A DNA stretch of 64,000 nucleotides from NCBI GenBank assembly GCA_963798625.1, contig CAWCUA010000005.1, positions 58,423 through 122,422 of the forward strand, written 5' to 3'. This stretch comes from an uncultured Actinomycetota bacterium (GTDB lineage: Bacteria; Actinomycetota; Actinomycetes; Mycobacteriales; Nakamurellaceae). The position numbers and the translations under genes are program-made. Within the stretch, counting starts at the first letter, position 1. Each line of letters starts with the position of its first letter. Shown piece by piece: positions 10,968-21,300 of the stretch. The notes beneath the pieces were generated by a model. It did not search any database. It was not told the DNA's origin and saw only the letters and a program-made list of their open reading frames with translations.

Positions 10968-11780
10968 ATGACGACGCCCCAACCCACCCCGACCGACGCC
11001 CCCCTTCTGGTGCAGGACGCCGACCGGGTTCGGACGATCACCTTGAACCGGCCGAAGGCCTTCAACTCCTTCAACCTCGAACTCAAGGGTGCGCTGCTCG
11101 CCGCGCTCGGTGCCGCAAGCGCGGACCCGGCGGTGCGAACGGTCGTGGTGACCGGGGCGGGACCTGCCTTTTGCGCCGGCCAGGACCTCAAGGAGCATCT
11201 CGCGCTGGTCGCCGCCGACGACCCACGTGTGGGCACCACCGTTGCCGAGTTCTACAACCCGCTGTTGCGGGCGGTGACCGGGATGGCCAAGCCGGTCATC
11301 GCCGCCGTCAACGGTCCTGCTGCTGGTGCGGGCGCGGGATTGGCGTTCGCCTGTGACCTGCGGGTGGCGGCGGCATCCGCATCGTTCTCGATGGCCTTCG
11401 CGGGCGTCGCGCTCTCCGCCGATACGGGGGCGTCGTTCGTGCTGCCCCGACTGATCGGTGCGGGGCGCGCGTCGCGGATGATGCTGCTCGGCGAGCGCGT
11501 CGGTGCGGACGAGGCCCTGCGGATCGGCATGGTCGATGAAGTCACAGCGGACGAGGAACTGGTGCCCACGGTGCAGGCGCTGGCACACCGGATGGCTGCC
11601 GGTCCGACGACCGCCTTCGGGTGGATCAAGGCATCCCTGCTGCACGGAGCGCAGTCGGACCTGGAGTCCACCTTGGCCTTCGAAGATCGGGCCCAGCGCG
11701 AGTGTTTCGCTTCGCCCGATCATCACGAAGCCATCACGGCGTTCGTCGAGAAGCGCGCGCCGAGGTTCTCCGGGCGATAA
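10968..11780 (+). CDS. Enoyl-CoA hydratase/isomerase (PaaG-like crotonase)
   Basis: ITLNRP, AFCAGQDL, KPVIAAVNGPAAGAG, FVEKRAPRF. Confidence 0.9.
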   Translation: MTTPQPTPTDAPLLVQDADRVRTITLNRPKAFNSFNLELKGALLAALGAASADPAVRTVVVTGAGPAFCAGQDLKEHLALVAADDPRVGTTVAEFYNPLLRAVTGMAKPVIAAVNGPAAGAGAGLAFACDLRVAAASASFSMAFAGVALSADTGASFVLPRLIGAGRASRMMLLGERVGADEALRIGMVDEVTADEELVPTVQALAHRMAAGPTTAFGWIKASLLHGAQSDLESTLAFEDRAQRECFASPDHHEAITAFVEKRAPRFSGR

Positions 11781-11877
11781 CGGCCGACGCGTTCGACGCC
11801 GGCAGGGTGCCGGCCCAGGCGCCGTGCAGGGCACCCGCTGCAAACCCCTGGTGCCGTAGCCTTGCGCTGTGGGACCA

Positions 11878-12300
11878 ATGGGTGAACTCGGCGCGCTCTT
11901 CAACCCGGGCATGCGCCACGAACTCGAGGAACGGCAGGCCAAAGCCGCACGCCGCGAGGAAGAAGGCAACGCCAAGGACGGCGATCTCCGGATCGATCTG
12001 GAGTCCGGGGTCGCGGTGATCAACGCACCCGATGGGCAGCAAGGCGCCGGCACAGCCGCTCCTGCCGCCTCGCCCGCGAAGGACCGGCCTGCGGCCTCCG
12101 CAGAGGACCAGCCTGCGGCCTCGGCAGAGGACCGTCCTGCGGCCTCCGCAGAGGACCGTCCTGCCGAAGACCTCGATCCGACCGCCGACGACAGCCCGGC
12201 TGCGGTAGTTCCGAAGAAATCTCGGTCGGCTTCGCCGTCGGCCAAGCCTGCCGAGCAGTTGCGCCCGCGGGGCAAGCGCGGGGTGTCAGCCGGCCGCTAG
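11878..12300 (+). CDS. DUF6191-like hypothetical protein with repetitive C-terminus
   Basis: LFNPGMRHELEERQ...IDLESGVAVI resembles DUF6191; PAASAEDR repeats; stop overlaps the convergent tag stop (CTAG). Confidence 0.65.
   Translation: MGELGALFNPGMRHELEERQAKAARREEEGNAKDGDLRIDLESGVAVINAPDGQQGAGTAAPAASPAKDRPAASAEDQPAASAEDRPAASAEDRPAEDLDPTADDSPAAVVPKKSRSASPSAKPAEQLRPRGKRGVSAGR
12080..12170 (+). repeat. 24-bp coding tandem repeat (about 3.5 copies)
   Basis: gaggaccgtcctgcggcctccgca-like units encoding EDRPAASA. Confidence 0.85.
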
Positions 12301-12971
12301 TCGGCCGATGCTTCCACTGCCCGCCAGCACGACGTCACGTGATCGTCGACCATTCCGGTCGCCTGCATCAAGGCGTAAGCGGTTGTCGGACCGACGAACT
12401 TGAACCCCCGCCGCTTCAGGTCCTTGGCCATTGCCGTGGATTCGGGCGTGATGGCCCGATAGTCGGCGAGTACAGCCGGCCGGGCGGGTGGAGTGGATGG
12501 CGCGAACGACCACAGCAGCTCATCGAGCCCGGGCGACATGTCGGCCGCTACCCGGGCGTTGTGGATGGCGGCCTCGATCTTGGCCCGGTTGCGGACGATC
12601 CTTGCGTCGGCCAGCAGTCGATCGACGTCTGACGTCCCGTAGGCAGCAACGGTTTCCACCGAGAAGCCGCCGAACGCCTGTCGGAAGGCCGGCCTCTTGC
12701 GCAAGATCGTCAGCCAGCTCAACCCGGATTGGAAGGCTTCCAGGCACAACCGTTCGAACAGTGCGTCGTCGCCGTGCAGCGGCCGGCCCCACTCGAAGTC
12801 GTGGTATTCGACGTACTCCGGCGCACTCGTTCCCCACCAGCACCGCAGTCGCCCGTCGTCGCCCAGGCGAACCGAGTCGGGCAGTTGACCCTTATTGGGC
12901 TGGGACTCCTGCGCGGGAGGCGCCACACCCGACTCCGAATCGTCGTGCACCGACAATGCCTCTGCCGCCAT
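12297..12971 (-). CDS. tag: DNA-3-methyladenine glycosylase I
   Basis: RCWWG...YHDFEWG, LEAFQSGLSWLTILRKR, FKFVGPTTAYALMQATGMVDDH..C. Confidence 0.94.
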   Translation of the reverse strand: MAAEALSVHDDSESGVAPPAQESQPNKGQLPDSVRLGDDGRLRCWWGTSAPEYVEYHDFEWGRPLHGDDALFERLCLEAFQSGLSWLTILRKRPAFRQAFGGFSVETVAAYGTSDVDRLLADARIVRNRAKIEAAIHNARVAADMSPGLDELLWSFAPSTPPARPAVLADYRAITPESTAMAKDLKRRGFKFVGPTTAYALMQATGMVDDHVTSCWRAVEASAD

Positions 12972-13489
12972 CAGGCCGGCAAGATCTCGTCGGGGCGCTG
13001 TGCCGACAGCGGCTCGGGTTCCGGTGCAGCGGACAGCGGCAACTCCCCCCGCTCGAGGAGCCGGCCCATCCGCCGCAAGGCCGCCGTGAGCGCGAAGCGG
13101 GCCAGCGGCCGGGCCACCGGCCAGCCGAGGCGACCGAGCAACCCGAACGGCAATTCGAGCTCGTTCGTCCAGCTGGCCCGGCACCCACCGGGAATCGGCT
13201 CGACCTGCATGATGCCGACGCCGTTGAGCAGGTCACCGTCCTTGTCCATCACCCACCGGCGAGGTGGGTCGTACTCGGTCACGGTCATGGTGTCCAGGAA
13301 GCCGATGCCCCACAGGCCGGTGAAGGCGGCGATCCGGGCGCCGACCTGCGGCGGTGACGCCACGCTCTCCACTGCGTACATGGTGGTGGCGAAGATCCAC
13401 TTCTCCTGCGCGCGGACGTCAGCCATCGCGGCGAACGCGTCCTCCGGTTTCGCCCTGAGGTCCACCGAGGCCGTCACGCGCGCCGTCAT
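12971..13489 (-). CDS. SRPBCC (polyketide cyclase-like) family protein
   Basis: GFLDTMTVTEYDPPRR...W.NELELPFGLLGRLGW pattern; coupled to both neighbours. Confidence 0.8.
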   Translation of the reverse strand: MTARVTASVDLRAKPEDAFAAMADVRAQEKWIFATTMYAVESVASPPQVGARIAAFTGLWGIGFLDTMTVTEYDPPRRWVMDKDGDLLNGVGIMQVEPIPGGCRASWTNELELPFGLLGRLGWPVARPLARFALTAALRRMGRLLERGELPLSAAPEPEPLSAQRPDEILPA

Positions 13490-13872
13490 GTCCGTACGCC
13501 CGAGTCGAGGTCGGACGAGGGAGCAACGGTGTCTGAGATCGGTTCACCGTCCGGGAGGGGTGCCTCGACTTCGGCGACGGCGGCCGGTCGGGCTGACAGC
13601 CGGGTGACGTCCGCCCGAAGCCGATCGACTTCTTCGGCCATCCGCTCGAGGGCCCAGTCGACGTCGCTCATCCGGTAGCCGCGCAGCGCCATCGGGAAGC
13701 GCACCTTTCTGATGTCCTCGGCCGTCATCGCCTCGTCGGGCAACTCGGTGGGCGACGTCCTCGGTGACAGGGGCGCCAACTGCTCCCCGCGCCCGAAGAC
13801 GACGACGGCGATCGCGAACACCACCAGGCCGATCACCGCGGCGATCACCAGATACTGCAGGACTGTGGTCAC
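13486..13872 (-). CDS. DivIVA-domain membrane protein (Rv1209-like)
   Basis: N-terminal TM plus DIRKVRFPMALRGYRMSDVD DivIVA motif. Confidence 0.85.
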   Translation of the reverse strand: MTTVLQYLVIAAVIGLVVFAIAVVVFGRGEQLAPLSPRTSPTELPDEAMTAEDIRKVRFPMALRGYRMSDVDWALERMAEEVDRLRADVTRLSARPAAVAEVEAPLPDGEPISDTVAPSSDLDSGVRT

Positions 13873-13970
13873 CGACTGATCGTGCCACGGACCACCGACA
13901 GAACCCCGTCAGCTGCCGCTCGGGCGGGGTCTCGGCGATCCTGTCATCGGCTCCGACGGAGCGGGGCTGT

Positions 13971-14858
13971 TCACACCATCCCGCGTCGCGGCGCCATCGG
14001 GGCGCGGTTGCCGCGGACGGCAGCGGCCATCTGTACGACTCGCAGGGTGGGCAGCACCTGATGCGCACGGAAAACTGCCGCACCCTGCCAGGCGGCGATC
14101 GCGGTGGCGGCCAGCGTTCCCTCCAACCGCTCATCCACCGGCAGGTCGAGAGTCTCCCCGACGAAGTCCTTGTTGGACAGCGCCATCAGCACCGGCCATC
14201 CGGTGGCGACGAGTTCGTGGGTTCGATGGAGCAACTCCAGTCCGTGCCAGGTGTTCTTCCCGAAATCATGGGTGGGGTCGATCAGGATGCCTTCTCGAGG
14301 CACTCCGGCGGCCACCATCCTTCGCGCAGCGGCGGTGGTCTCCGCGATGACCGAAGCAACGACATCGGGGTAGCTGACGCGGAAAGGATTTGTCCGCGGT
14401 GCCGCTCCCCCGGTGTGTGAGCACACCATCCCAGCGCCGAACCGGGCGGCCACCTCGGCCAGGGCGGGATCGGCTCCCGCCCAGGTGTCGTTGATCAGGT
14501 CGGCGCCCGCGTGGCAGGCCTCGGTCGCGACCTCGGACCGCCAGGTGTCGACGCTGATGACGAGGTCCGGATATGCGGACCGGACGTGACCGATGAACGG
14601 CACCACCCGTTGGATCTCCTCGTCGATGCCGACCTCCCGACCCACCCCGGCCTTCACGCCGCCGATATCGACAAGGTCCGCACCGTCCTGCACGGCGGCA
14701 TGGACAGCGCGCATCGCCGCCGAATCGGTGAAGGTCGCACCCGCGTCGAAGAACGAATCCGGTGTTCGGTTGATGATCGCCATGACCGCTGCCCGATCGG
14801 TCGGCAGAGCGCGGCCGCGGAGGACGACCTGCGGTGCGTGATCACTGCCGTTGAGCAC
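13971..14858 (-). CDS. folP2: Dihydropteroate synthase paralog FolP2
   Basis: MAIINRTPDSFFD, DIGGVKAG, DPTHDFGKNT, SNKDF; Rv1207-like synteny. Confidence 0.88.
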   Translation of the reverse strand: MLNGSDHAPQVVLRGRALPTDRAAVMAIINRTPDSFFDAGATFTDSAAMRAVHAAVQDGADLVDIGGVKAGVGREVGIDEEIQRVVPFIGHVRSAYPDLVISVDTWRSEVATEACHAGADLINDTWAGADPALAEVAARFGAGMVCSHTGGAAPRTNPFRVSYPDVVASVIAETTAAARRMVAAGVPREGILIDPTHDFGKNTWHGLELLHRTHELVATGWPVLMALSNKDFVGETLDLPVDERLEGTLAATAIAAWQGAAVFRAHQVLPTLRVVQMAAAVRGNRAPMAPRRGMV

Positions 14859-14880
14859 GCCTCAGCCTACAAACTGGTAC

Positions 14881-17800
14881 TCAGGTGCTGGCCAGGATCG
14901 GAGTGCCGGTCCCGGATTCGGGCGTCGGTCCGGCCATCGTGGCGTCCTGCACCATCCGCTCGATGCCCGCCGCATCCAGCAGGTCGACAGGTGCGAGGGT
15001 CGTTCCGGTCGGGACGTAGTGGAACGCCGCTCGCACCGCGGCCAGTGGGATGCCTGCGAGTTCGGCGATGGCCAACCGGTAGCACGCCAGTTGCACGGCG
15101 GCGGCCGGGCGCTTGGCAGCGGGCGGTGGACGGCCGGTCTTCCAATCGACGACGGTGAGTCCGCCGTCCGGATCGGCGAACACCGCATCGATGCGTCCAC
15201 GGATGCCGATACCCGCGATGCGGGTCGCGAACGGGACCTCGATCTCCTCGGGCACCTTGTTCGCCCACGGGGAGGCGAGGAACTGCCTGCGCAACTCCTC
15301 GAACTGGGCATCGTCACCTGCCCACCTGTCACCGGCCCCGGGCAGGTCGCGCACGTCGAGCAGTGCCTCTCCGCGGAAAAACCGCTCGAGCCATTGATGG
15401 AATGCCGTTCCCCGGCGCATTGCAGGGGCGGGCTCGACCGGGACCGGACGCCGAAGACGTCGGGCCAACGCTTGTGGGTCGTCGGCCAGTTCGACAAGGG
15501 CGGACACGGACAAGGTCCCGGGGAGCTCAACCTCATGCTGACCGCGGTGCGCGGCGGCGCGTTCGGCGAGCAAGGTGGTGACGTCGGCCGCCCAGCCGAA
15601 CGGGTCGGCAGGTTCGTGGTCGACCGCCGAATCGGCCGCGGCGCATCGACCGGCGGCGTCCGCCGCAAGCGTCTCCGGTGACATGCTTTGTGTTTCAAGG
15701 GCTTTCATCGCGACCAGGACCCGGTCGGCGCCGGCGCGGACCGCGATTCGTCGCCGGCCCAGTGGGTCCACCGGCCATTGAGCGGTCCGGGGTTGCGCGG
15801 TGAGCGGGTTCGGTTTCGTCGGGTCCGGAGCCGGCGCCCATTCCTCTGCGTGCTCGGGACCGCCGAGCAGTCCAGCGGCCTCGAGCAGAAACTCGCTCGG
15901 TCCGGCCGGCTTGGTCGTGGTGGCTCCCCAGTGGTGTCCGGACAACAGGAGCGTCTGCTCGGCCCTGGTCAACGCGACATACAGCAGCCGGCGTTCCTCG
16001 AGCCTCCGGAGGGCGCCGAATTCGGCGGCGTGGGCAGCCAGTGCCTCGGCGAGGTCCTTCTGATCCCCACCGGCGGGCAGGGACAGTTCCGGTAGCTCGT
16101 CGCGGTCACCCCGCAGGCTGGTCGGAAGCTGAGCCGCGTCACCCAGCCATGTGCTGCCCCTCGTGATCGGAAAGACACCGTCGGTGAGATGCGGAACTGC
16201 GACGACCTGCCATTCCAGACCCTTCGCGGCATGGACGGTCAATACCTGGACCCGCCCCGCAACAGTGGCGACTTCGCCCGGCGTCAATCCGTCCTCGCGC
16301 TCTGCCGCAGTGTCCAGGTAGTCCAGCAATTCGCTGGGGCCGGCACCGGTGGCAGCCACCTCGGCGACGACGTCGGCAAAGGCGTCCAGATGGACCCGGC
16401 CGGTACCCGTGGCCAGTCGAGCCTCGACGTCGAGGCCGGTGGCGCGCTCGAGATCGGCCATCAGGTCAGGCAGCGGTTGACCCATGCGGCTCCTGAGCCG
16501 GCGAAGGTGAGCTCCGAACCTGCTCAACCGGTCGTAACCTTCCGGCGAGTACTGCGATGCGGGGCCGAGGTCGGCGACCGCGTCGATCAGGGTCCAGGCG
16601 TCGATGTCCTCACCCGCGATGGCTTGACCGACCGCCTCGCGCACGGCCTGTGATCCGGAGTGCCCGGTCGATGCAGCCACCGGGCCGGGGGCAGGTGCGT
16701 GTCCGGGTGCAGGCTCCTGTCCGGTTGGCGATGTCGGTCCCCCTGCCGGTGTCGGGCCGGCTGCGGGTGTCGGGCGACGCACCAGTGCCCTCGCTCGCTG
16801 TGCGAGCGCCTCGAGATCGGCCGCGCCCAACTGCCACCGCGCGCCGGTCAGCAGCCTGATCGCCGCGGCACCAGCGGTCGGATCGACCAGCACCCTCAGC
16901 GTGGCGACCAGGTCGACGATCTCCGGCTCATCCAGCAAGCCGCCCAGTCCCACCACCTCGACGGGCAGTCCGGCTGCTCGGAGGGCGTCAGCGGTCGCTG
17001 CCATGTCGCTGCGCCTACGGACCAGGACGGCAGTGGTCGGCGCCGTCGACGACGGACCGTCCATCCACCTGCGCCAGAGGTCGGCGATGGTGCGAGCGAG
17101 CCAGGCGTCCTCGTCCGCAACAGTCGAAAACAGTCCGTACCGGACGTCGCCGGTCGAGGCGCTCTCGGCAGGGCGCAGCTCGCCCACTTCGATCCGGGCG
17201 CGGGGTCCCGTGCGGATGGACGCTGAGACCTCGTTGGCCAACTCCAGCACCGAAGCCGGGTTACGGAAACTCGTCAGCAGCGACCTGATCGGCGCAGGCG
17301 ACCCCGAGGCTGTGGGGAAGTCGGTCACGAACCGCGGCAGATTGGACGCGGAGGCGCCGCGCCACGAATAGATGGACTGCACCGGATCGCCCACCGCCAT
17401 CACCGGATGTCCCGAACCGACATCCGCAGCGCCTGCCCCGAACGCGCTGCGCAAGATGACGCGTTGCGCGTGCCCGGTGTCCTGGTACTCGTCGAGCAGA
17501 ACGACTCGATAGCGCTCGCGCAGCGCGGCGCCGACCCGTGGATGTTGCTCCACCAGAGCGGCCGCGACCTGCATCTGATCGGAGAAGTCGATGACTCCGC
17601 GTTCGCGTTTGGCGTCGGCGAAAGCCTGCGTGAGCGGCAGGATCCATTGCCTGTCCTGCAGGCGCTTGACGTGATCGGCGAGACCACTGTGCAACGCACC
17701 GCGCTGACGCGCGGCCGGCGGCGCCGAGCGGAGAACGAGCAGGAGCTGGTCGAGTTCGGTCGCCAACGCACGCGCGTCGGTGAGGTGATCAGCCAGCGCG

Positions 17801-18315
17801 CCAGAAATCGCGAGGAGCCGTTCCGTGACCTGGTCCGGGCCGAGATCGGTACGGAGATCACCGTCCCAACGACTGACCACCCGTCGGGCGAGCTGCCAGG
17901 CCCCGGTCGCCGTGAGGACCTTCGCACCTGGTTCCACTCCGGCGAGGGCACCGAAATCGGCGATCAGCCTGCCACCGAAGGAGTGGTAAGTGGCCACCTC
18001 GGGATCGCCGGACAAGGAATCAGCGACCCCGGTCGGGCATACCTGCGACTGCGCGAGCAACCGGATCCGCCGCCGGATCCGCTGGCCAAGGGCGGCTGCG
18101 GCCTTGCGCGTGAAGGTCAGCCCCAGTATCTGTTCCGGACGTGCCTGCCCCGTCGCGACCAGATAGACGACCCGAGCAGCCATCGTCTCGGTCTTGCCGG
18201 AACCAGCGCCGGCCACGACAAGTCCCGGAACCAACGGCGACTCGATGACGGCGATCTGCTCGGGGGTGGGTGCCGGCAGTCCGAGTTCGGCTGCCAGCTC
18301 GGTCGCTGTGATCAC
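14881..18315 (-). CDS. adnB: AdnB UvrD-family helicase-nuclease subunit
   Basis: AGAGSGKT, LLDEYQDT, VGDPVQSIYSWRGA, TVHAAKGLEW, EERRLLYVALTRA; C-terminal RecB-like GRIDAVF...DWKTG...QLACY. Confidence 0.92.
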   Translation of the reverse strand: MITATELAAELGLPAPTPEQIAVIESPLVPGLVVAGAGSGKTETMAARVVYLVATGQARPEQILGLTFTRKAAAALGQRIRRRIRLLAQSQVCPTGVADSLSGDPEVATYHSFGGRLIADFGALAGVEPGAKVLTATGAWQLARRVVSRWDGDLRTDLGPDQVTERLLAISGALADHLTDARALATELDQLLLVLRSAPPAARQRGALHSGLADHVKRLQDRQWILPLTQAFADAKRERGVIDFSDQMQVAAALVEQHPRVGAALRERYRVVLLDEYQDTGHAQRVILRSAFGAGAADVGSGHPVMAVGDPVQSIYSWRGASASNLPRFVTDFPTASGSPAPIRSLLTSFRNPASVLELANEVSASIRTGPRARIEVGELRPAESASTGDVRYGLFSTVADEDAWLARTIADLWRRWMDGPSSTAPTTAVLVRRRSDMAATADALRAAGLPVEVVGLGGLLDEPEIVDLVATLRVLVDPTAGAAAIRLLTGARWQLGAADLEALAQRARALVRRPTPAAGPTPAGGPTSPTGQEPAPGHAPAPGPVAASTGHSGSQAVREAVGQAIAGEDIDAWTLIDAVADLGPASQYSPEGYDRLSRFGAHLRRLRSRMGQPLPDLMADLERATGLDVEARLATGTGRVHLDAFADVVAEVAATGAGPSELLDYLDTAAEREDGLTPGEVATVAGRVQVLTVHAAKGLEWQVVAVPHLTDGVFPITRGSTWLGDAAQLPTSLRGDRDELPELSLPAGGDQKDLAEALAAHAAEFGALRRLEERRLLYVALTRAEQTLLLSGHHWGATTTKPAGPSEFLLEAAGLLGGPEHAEEWAPAPDPTKPNPLTAQPRTAQWPVDPLGRRRIAVRAGADRVLVAMKALETQSMSPETLAADAAGRCAAADSAVDHEPADPFGWAADVTTLLAERAAAHRGQHEVELPGTLSVSALVELADDPQALARRLRRPVPVEPAPAMRRGTAFHQWLERFFRGEALLDVRDLPGAGDRWAGDDAQFEELRRQFLASPWANKVPEEIEVPFATRIAGIGIRGRIDAVFADPDGGLTVVDWKTGRPPPAAKRPAAAVQLACYRLAIAELAGIPLAAVRAAFHYVPTGTTLAPVDLLDAAGIERMVQDATMAGPTPESGTGTPILAST

Positions 18316-21300
18316 CGCGTCACCTGCCGACCTTCAGGCTGCAGAGGGCAGCTAGAACGAACGGGACACCTTTCGCAGTAACGATTCTCCTGGGCTGTGC
18401 TGATGCTCAGTGCGAGCTGCTCGGCGGAGCCCCGGACGACGCGCTGCCACTGGACCAATTGTTCGGCAGTGAGCGCCGGTTGCTGCCGCACCTGTGGACT
18501 GCCGGTACGCAGATAGACCAGCTCGGCGCCACCGGAGCGGGCAGGCACCGCGTGGCCAGCGTCTGCGCGGGCCGGGTCAGCGCGGGCCGGGTCAGCGCGG
18601 GTCGGGTCAGTACGTGTCTGGTCCGCGCGGGCCTGGTCAGCGCGGGTGAGCATCTCCTCTTCTTCGGGGTCGAGCGGCGGCTCATCGGCGGGGTCGAGGA
18701 GCGGCTCGTCGGCGGGCGGGGCGCCGGCCACGCGGCCGAGTCCGATGTCCGCGCCCAGCTCGAGGGCCAGCTGGTACACCGCCAGCTGGGCGTTTTCCAG
18801 CACGCTCGCTTTGGACGGAACGGTCGCGCCGGACTTGAAATCGACGACGATCAGTGAGCCATCCGCGGTCCGGTCGACCCGATCGGCGCGGCCCTCCAAC
18901 CGGACAGTCCGCGCTGCCTCGCACTCGGAAGTAGGCGGCCCATCTTCGGGCGGCGGCACCGGCACCGACAGTCGCAATTCGGACGCCGCCAGGCTGCGAC
19001 CTGCAGGCAGCGCGGCGACCCAGGCCTGAGCGGCGGTCAGCATGGATTCCAGCGCCCGCCGGGTCCTTGCCACCAGCCAAGGCGGCAGATGTTGCTGCTG
19101 CTGCAGGAACCTCTCCATCTCTTCCTCGAGGACCGGTCGGCTGACGCCTTTGGCGAGCCCATCGACGAGCGCGTGCACGACAATGCCCTCGATCTGTTGT
19201 TGGCTCGACACACCGCGAGCGCCCCTGCGTTCGAGCACCCCGCGAAGAGCACAGGTGGACAAGCTGTCCACGGCCGACGGCGAGACGGTGACCGGACTGC
19301 CCGCCGGGACCGGTGGTTCGTCGGTCGAACGCCTGGCCAACCCGTACCAATCCTTCGGATCGGCCCCGACCACGCCAGCGGCTGCCAACCGGGCGAGCTG
19401 GAATGCCGCGGAGTCGGCCGTCTGCTGAGGTACGGACGGATCGGTGACCACCGAGCGCAGTTCGGCAATCAGATCCGTCAGGTGCAACCCCCGCCGCTGC
19501 GCGCCGTCGGAGCCGGCCGGCCATCCCGTCGGCAGATCCTCCTCACTGCCGGCCAGCTCGAACAGGAATCGCGAAGGAACTGTGTCCTGATCGGCAACTG
19601 ATGTCGCGATGACGGTGTGGCGCGCCCTGGTGACGGCGACATAGAACAGCCGCCGCTCCTCCTGGAGAAGCGCTGAGGTCGTCGGCATCGACGACGGGAG
19701 GCCGGCGGCGGCGTCGAAGACCTCGCTCGTACCGAGCAGGCTGACCCGCGGCCGTAACACCGGCCAACGTCCCTCTGCGACCCCGACCAGCGCGACGACG
19801 TCCCACTCGAGCCCCTTGGCGGCGTGGGCGGACAGCACGGCTACGGCATCGTTCGCACGGGAACCCCGGGCGGTGGGATCGCCCGGAATTCGCTGCCCGG
19901 TGACCATGTCGAGGAACGCCTCAACGCCCGCCAATGGCGTCCGGTCCGCCAGCTCGGCGGCCATCGAGAACAGCGACATCACTCCGTCGAGCGTCTGGTC
20001 GGCTCGCTGACCGGCACGTCCGCCGCGCAACGAGGCGGATACGAGTTGCTCCTGCAGTTCCGATGCCTGCCAGACGTTCCACAGGCTCTGCTCCGCCGCA
20101 GCATCTGTGGCGCCGGCCCGGGCGGCGTCGAGCATGGCCCGGAGCCGGCGGACCGGTCGCTGGAACTCCTCCGGCACCCGCTCCGGAAGAGGAGCGCCGG
20201 CAAGTGCCGCCGCCAGAAGGTCCGGCGTCGGGCCACCATCGGGCAGATCCGCCCGGACCATCCGACGAAGGCGGCGCAACGACTGGCCGTCCATCCCGCC
20301 AGCCGGCGAGGACAGCAGATCCAGCGCCACCTGCCCGGTCAACGACGACGGTTGGCGGCCGCACCGGAGCGCGGTCAGCAGGGTATCGACAACGGGATCA
20401 GCGGTCAGCTGCTCGTCCTGGCGTGAGGTGGCCATCGGCACCCCGGCCGCGGCAAAGGCCCGGCGCATGGCAGGCAGCGATGCCACCGGTGACCGGACGA
20501 GGACCGCCATGTCGGACCAGCGGACACCCGACTGCAGGTGCGCCCGGCGTAGTTCGTCCGCCACGAAAGCGGCTTCCGTGGCAGCGGTGGGCAACGTCCG
20601 GACGACCACCCGACCGGACGCGGCGACCACCGCGTTGGGAGCGGCATCGACCGTGTCCGATGCTTGCAGGCGGTCAGACACCGGGTCGACGGTCCGGATG
20701 GCGACCAAATCCCGGTGCGTCGAGACGCCGGGCAGCATCCGCGCCACTCGCCTACTGGCAGCCAACACCTCGCCCGACATCCGGCGTGACCCGGTCAGCA
20801 TGACCGTGTCGTCGACCTCGAGATCCCGCAGGGCCGCGGGATCGGACCCTCGGAAGCCGTAGATCGACTGATCAGGGTCGCCGAAAACCACCAATTCGTC
20901 GGCACCGGAGGCGAGGGCCTGAACCAGATCCGCTTGCGCCGGGTCGACGTCCTGGAACTCGTCCACGAAGATGCGCCGAATTCGGGACTGTTCGGCGGCC
21001 AGCACGGCGTCCTGCGCCAGCAGCCCCAGAGCCGCCCGGGTCAGTTCCGCCTGGTCGAGCGCCGCACCGAGTCCGCTACTTCCCTGCCGGAGGTCAGAGA
21101 CATCCTGGTACTCGCGGGCGAACATCGCGGCCGCCTGCCATTCGGGACGGCGGCGGCGACGGCCCAGTTCCGCAAGGCGTGACGGCGTGATCCCCCGCTC
21201 GGCAGTGCGGAGCATCAACTCCCGCAGTTCGGCTGCGAAGGCCGGCGACGTGAGGGCCGCGCTCACTGCGGGCGGCCAGTTGCCACGGCCGCTCTCGCGC

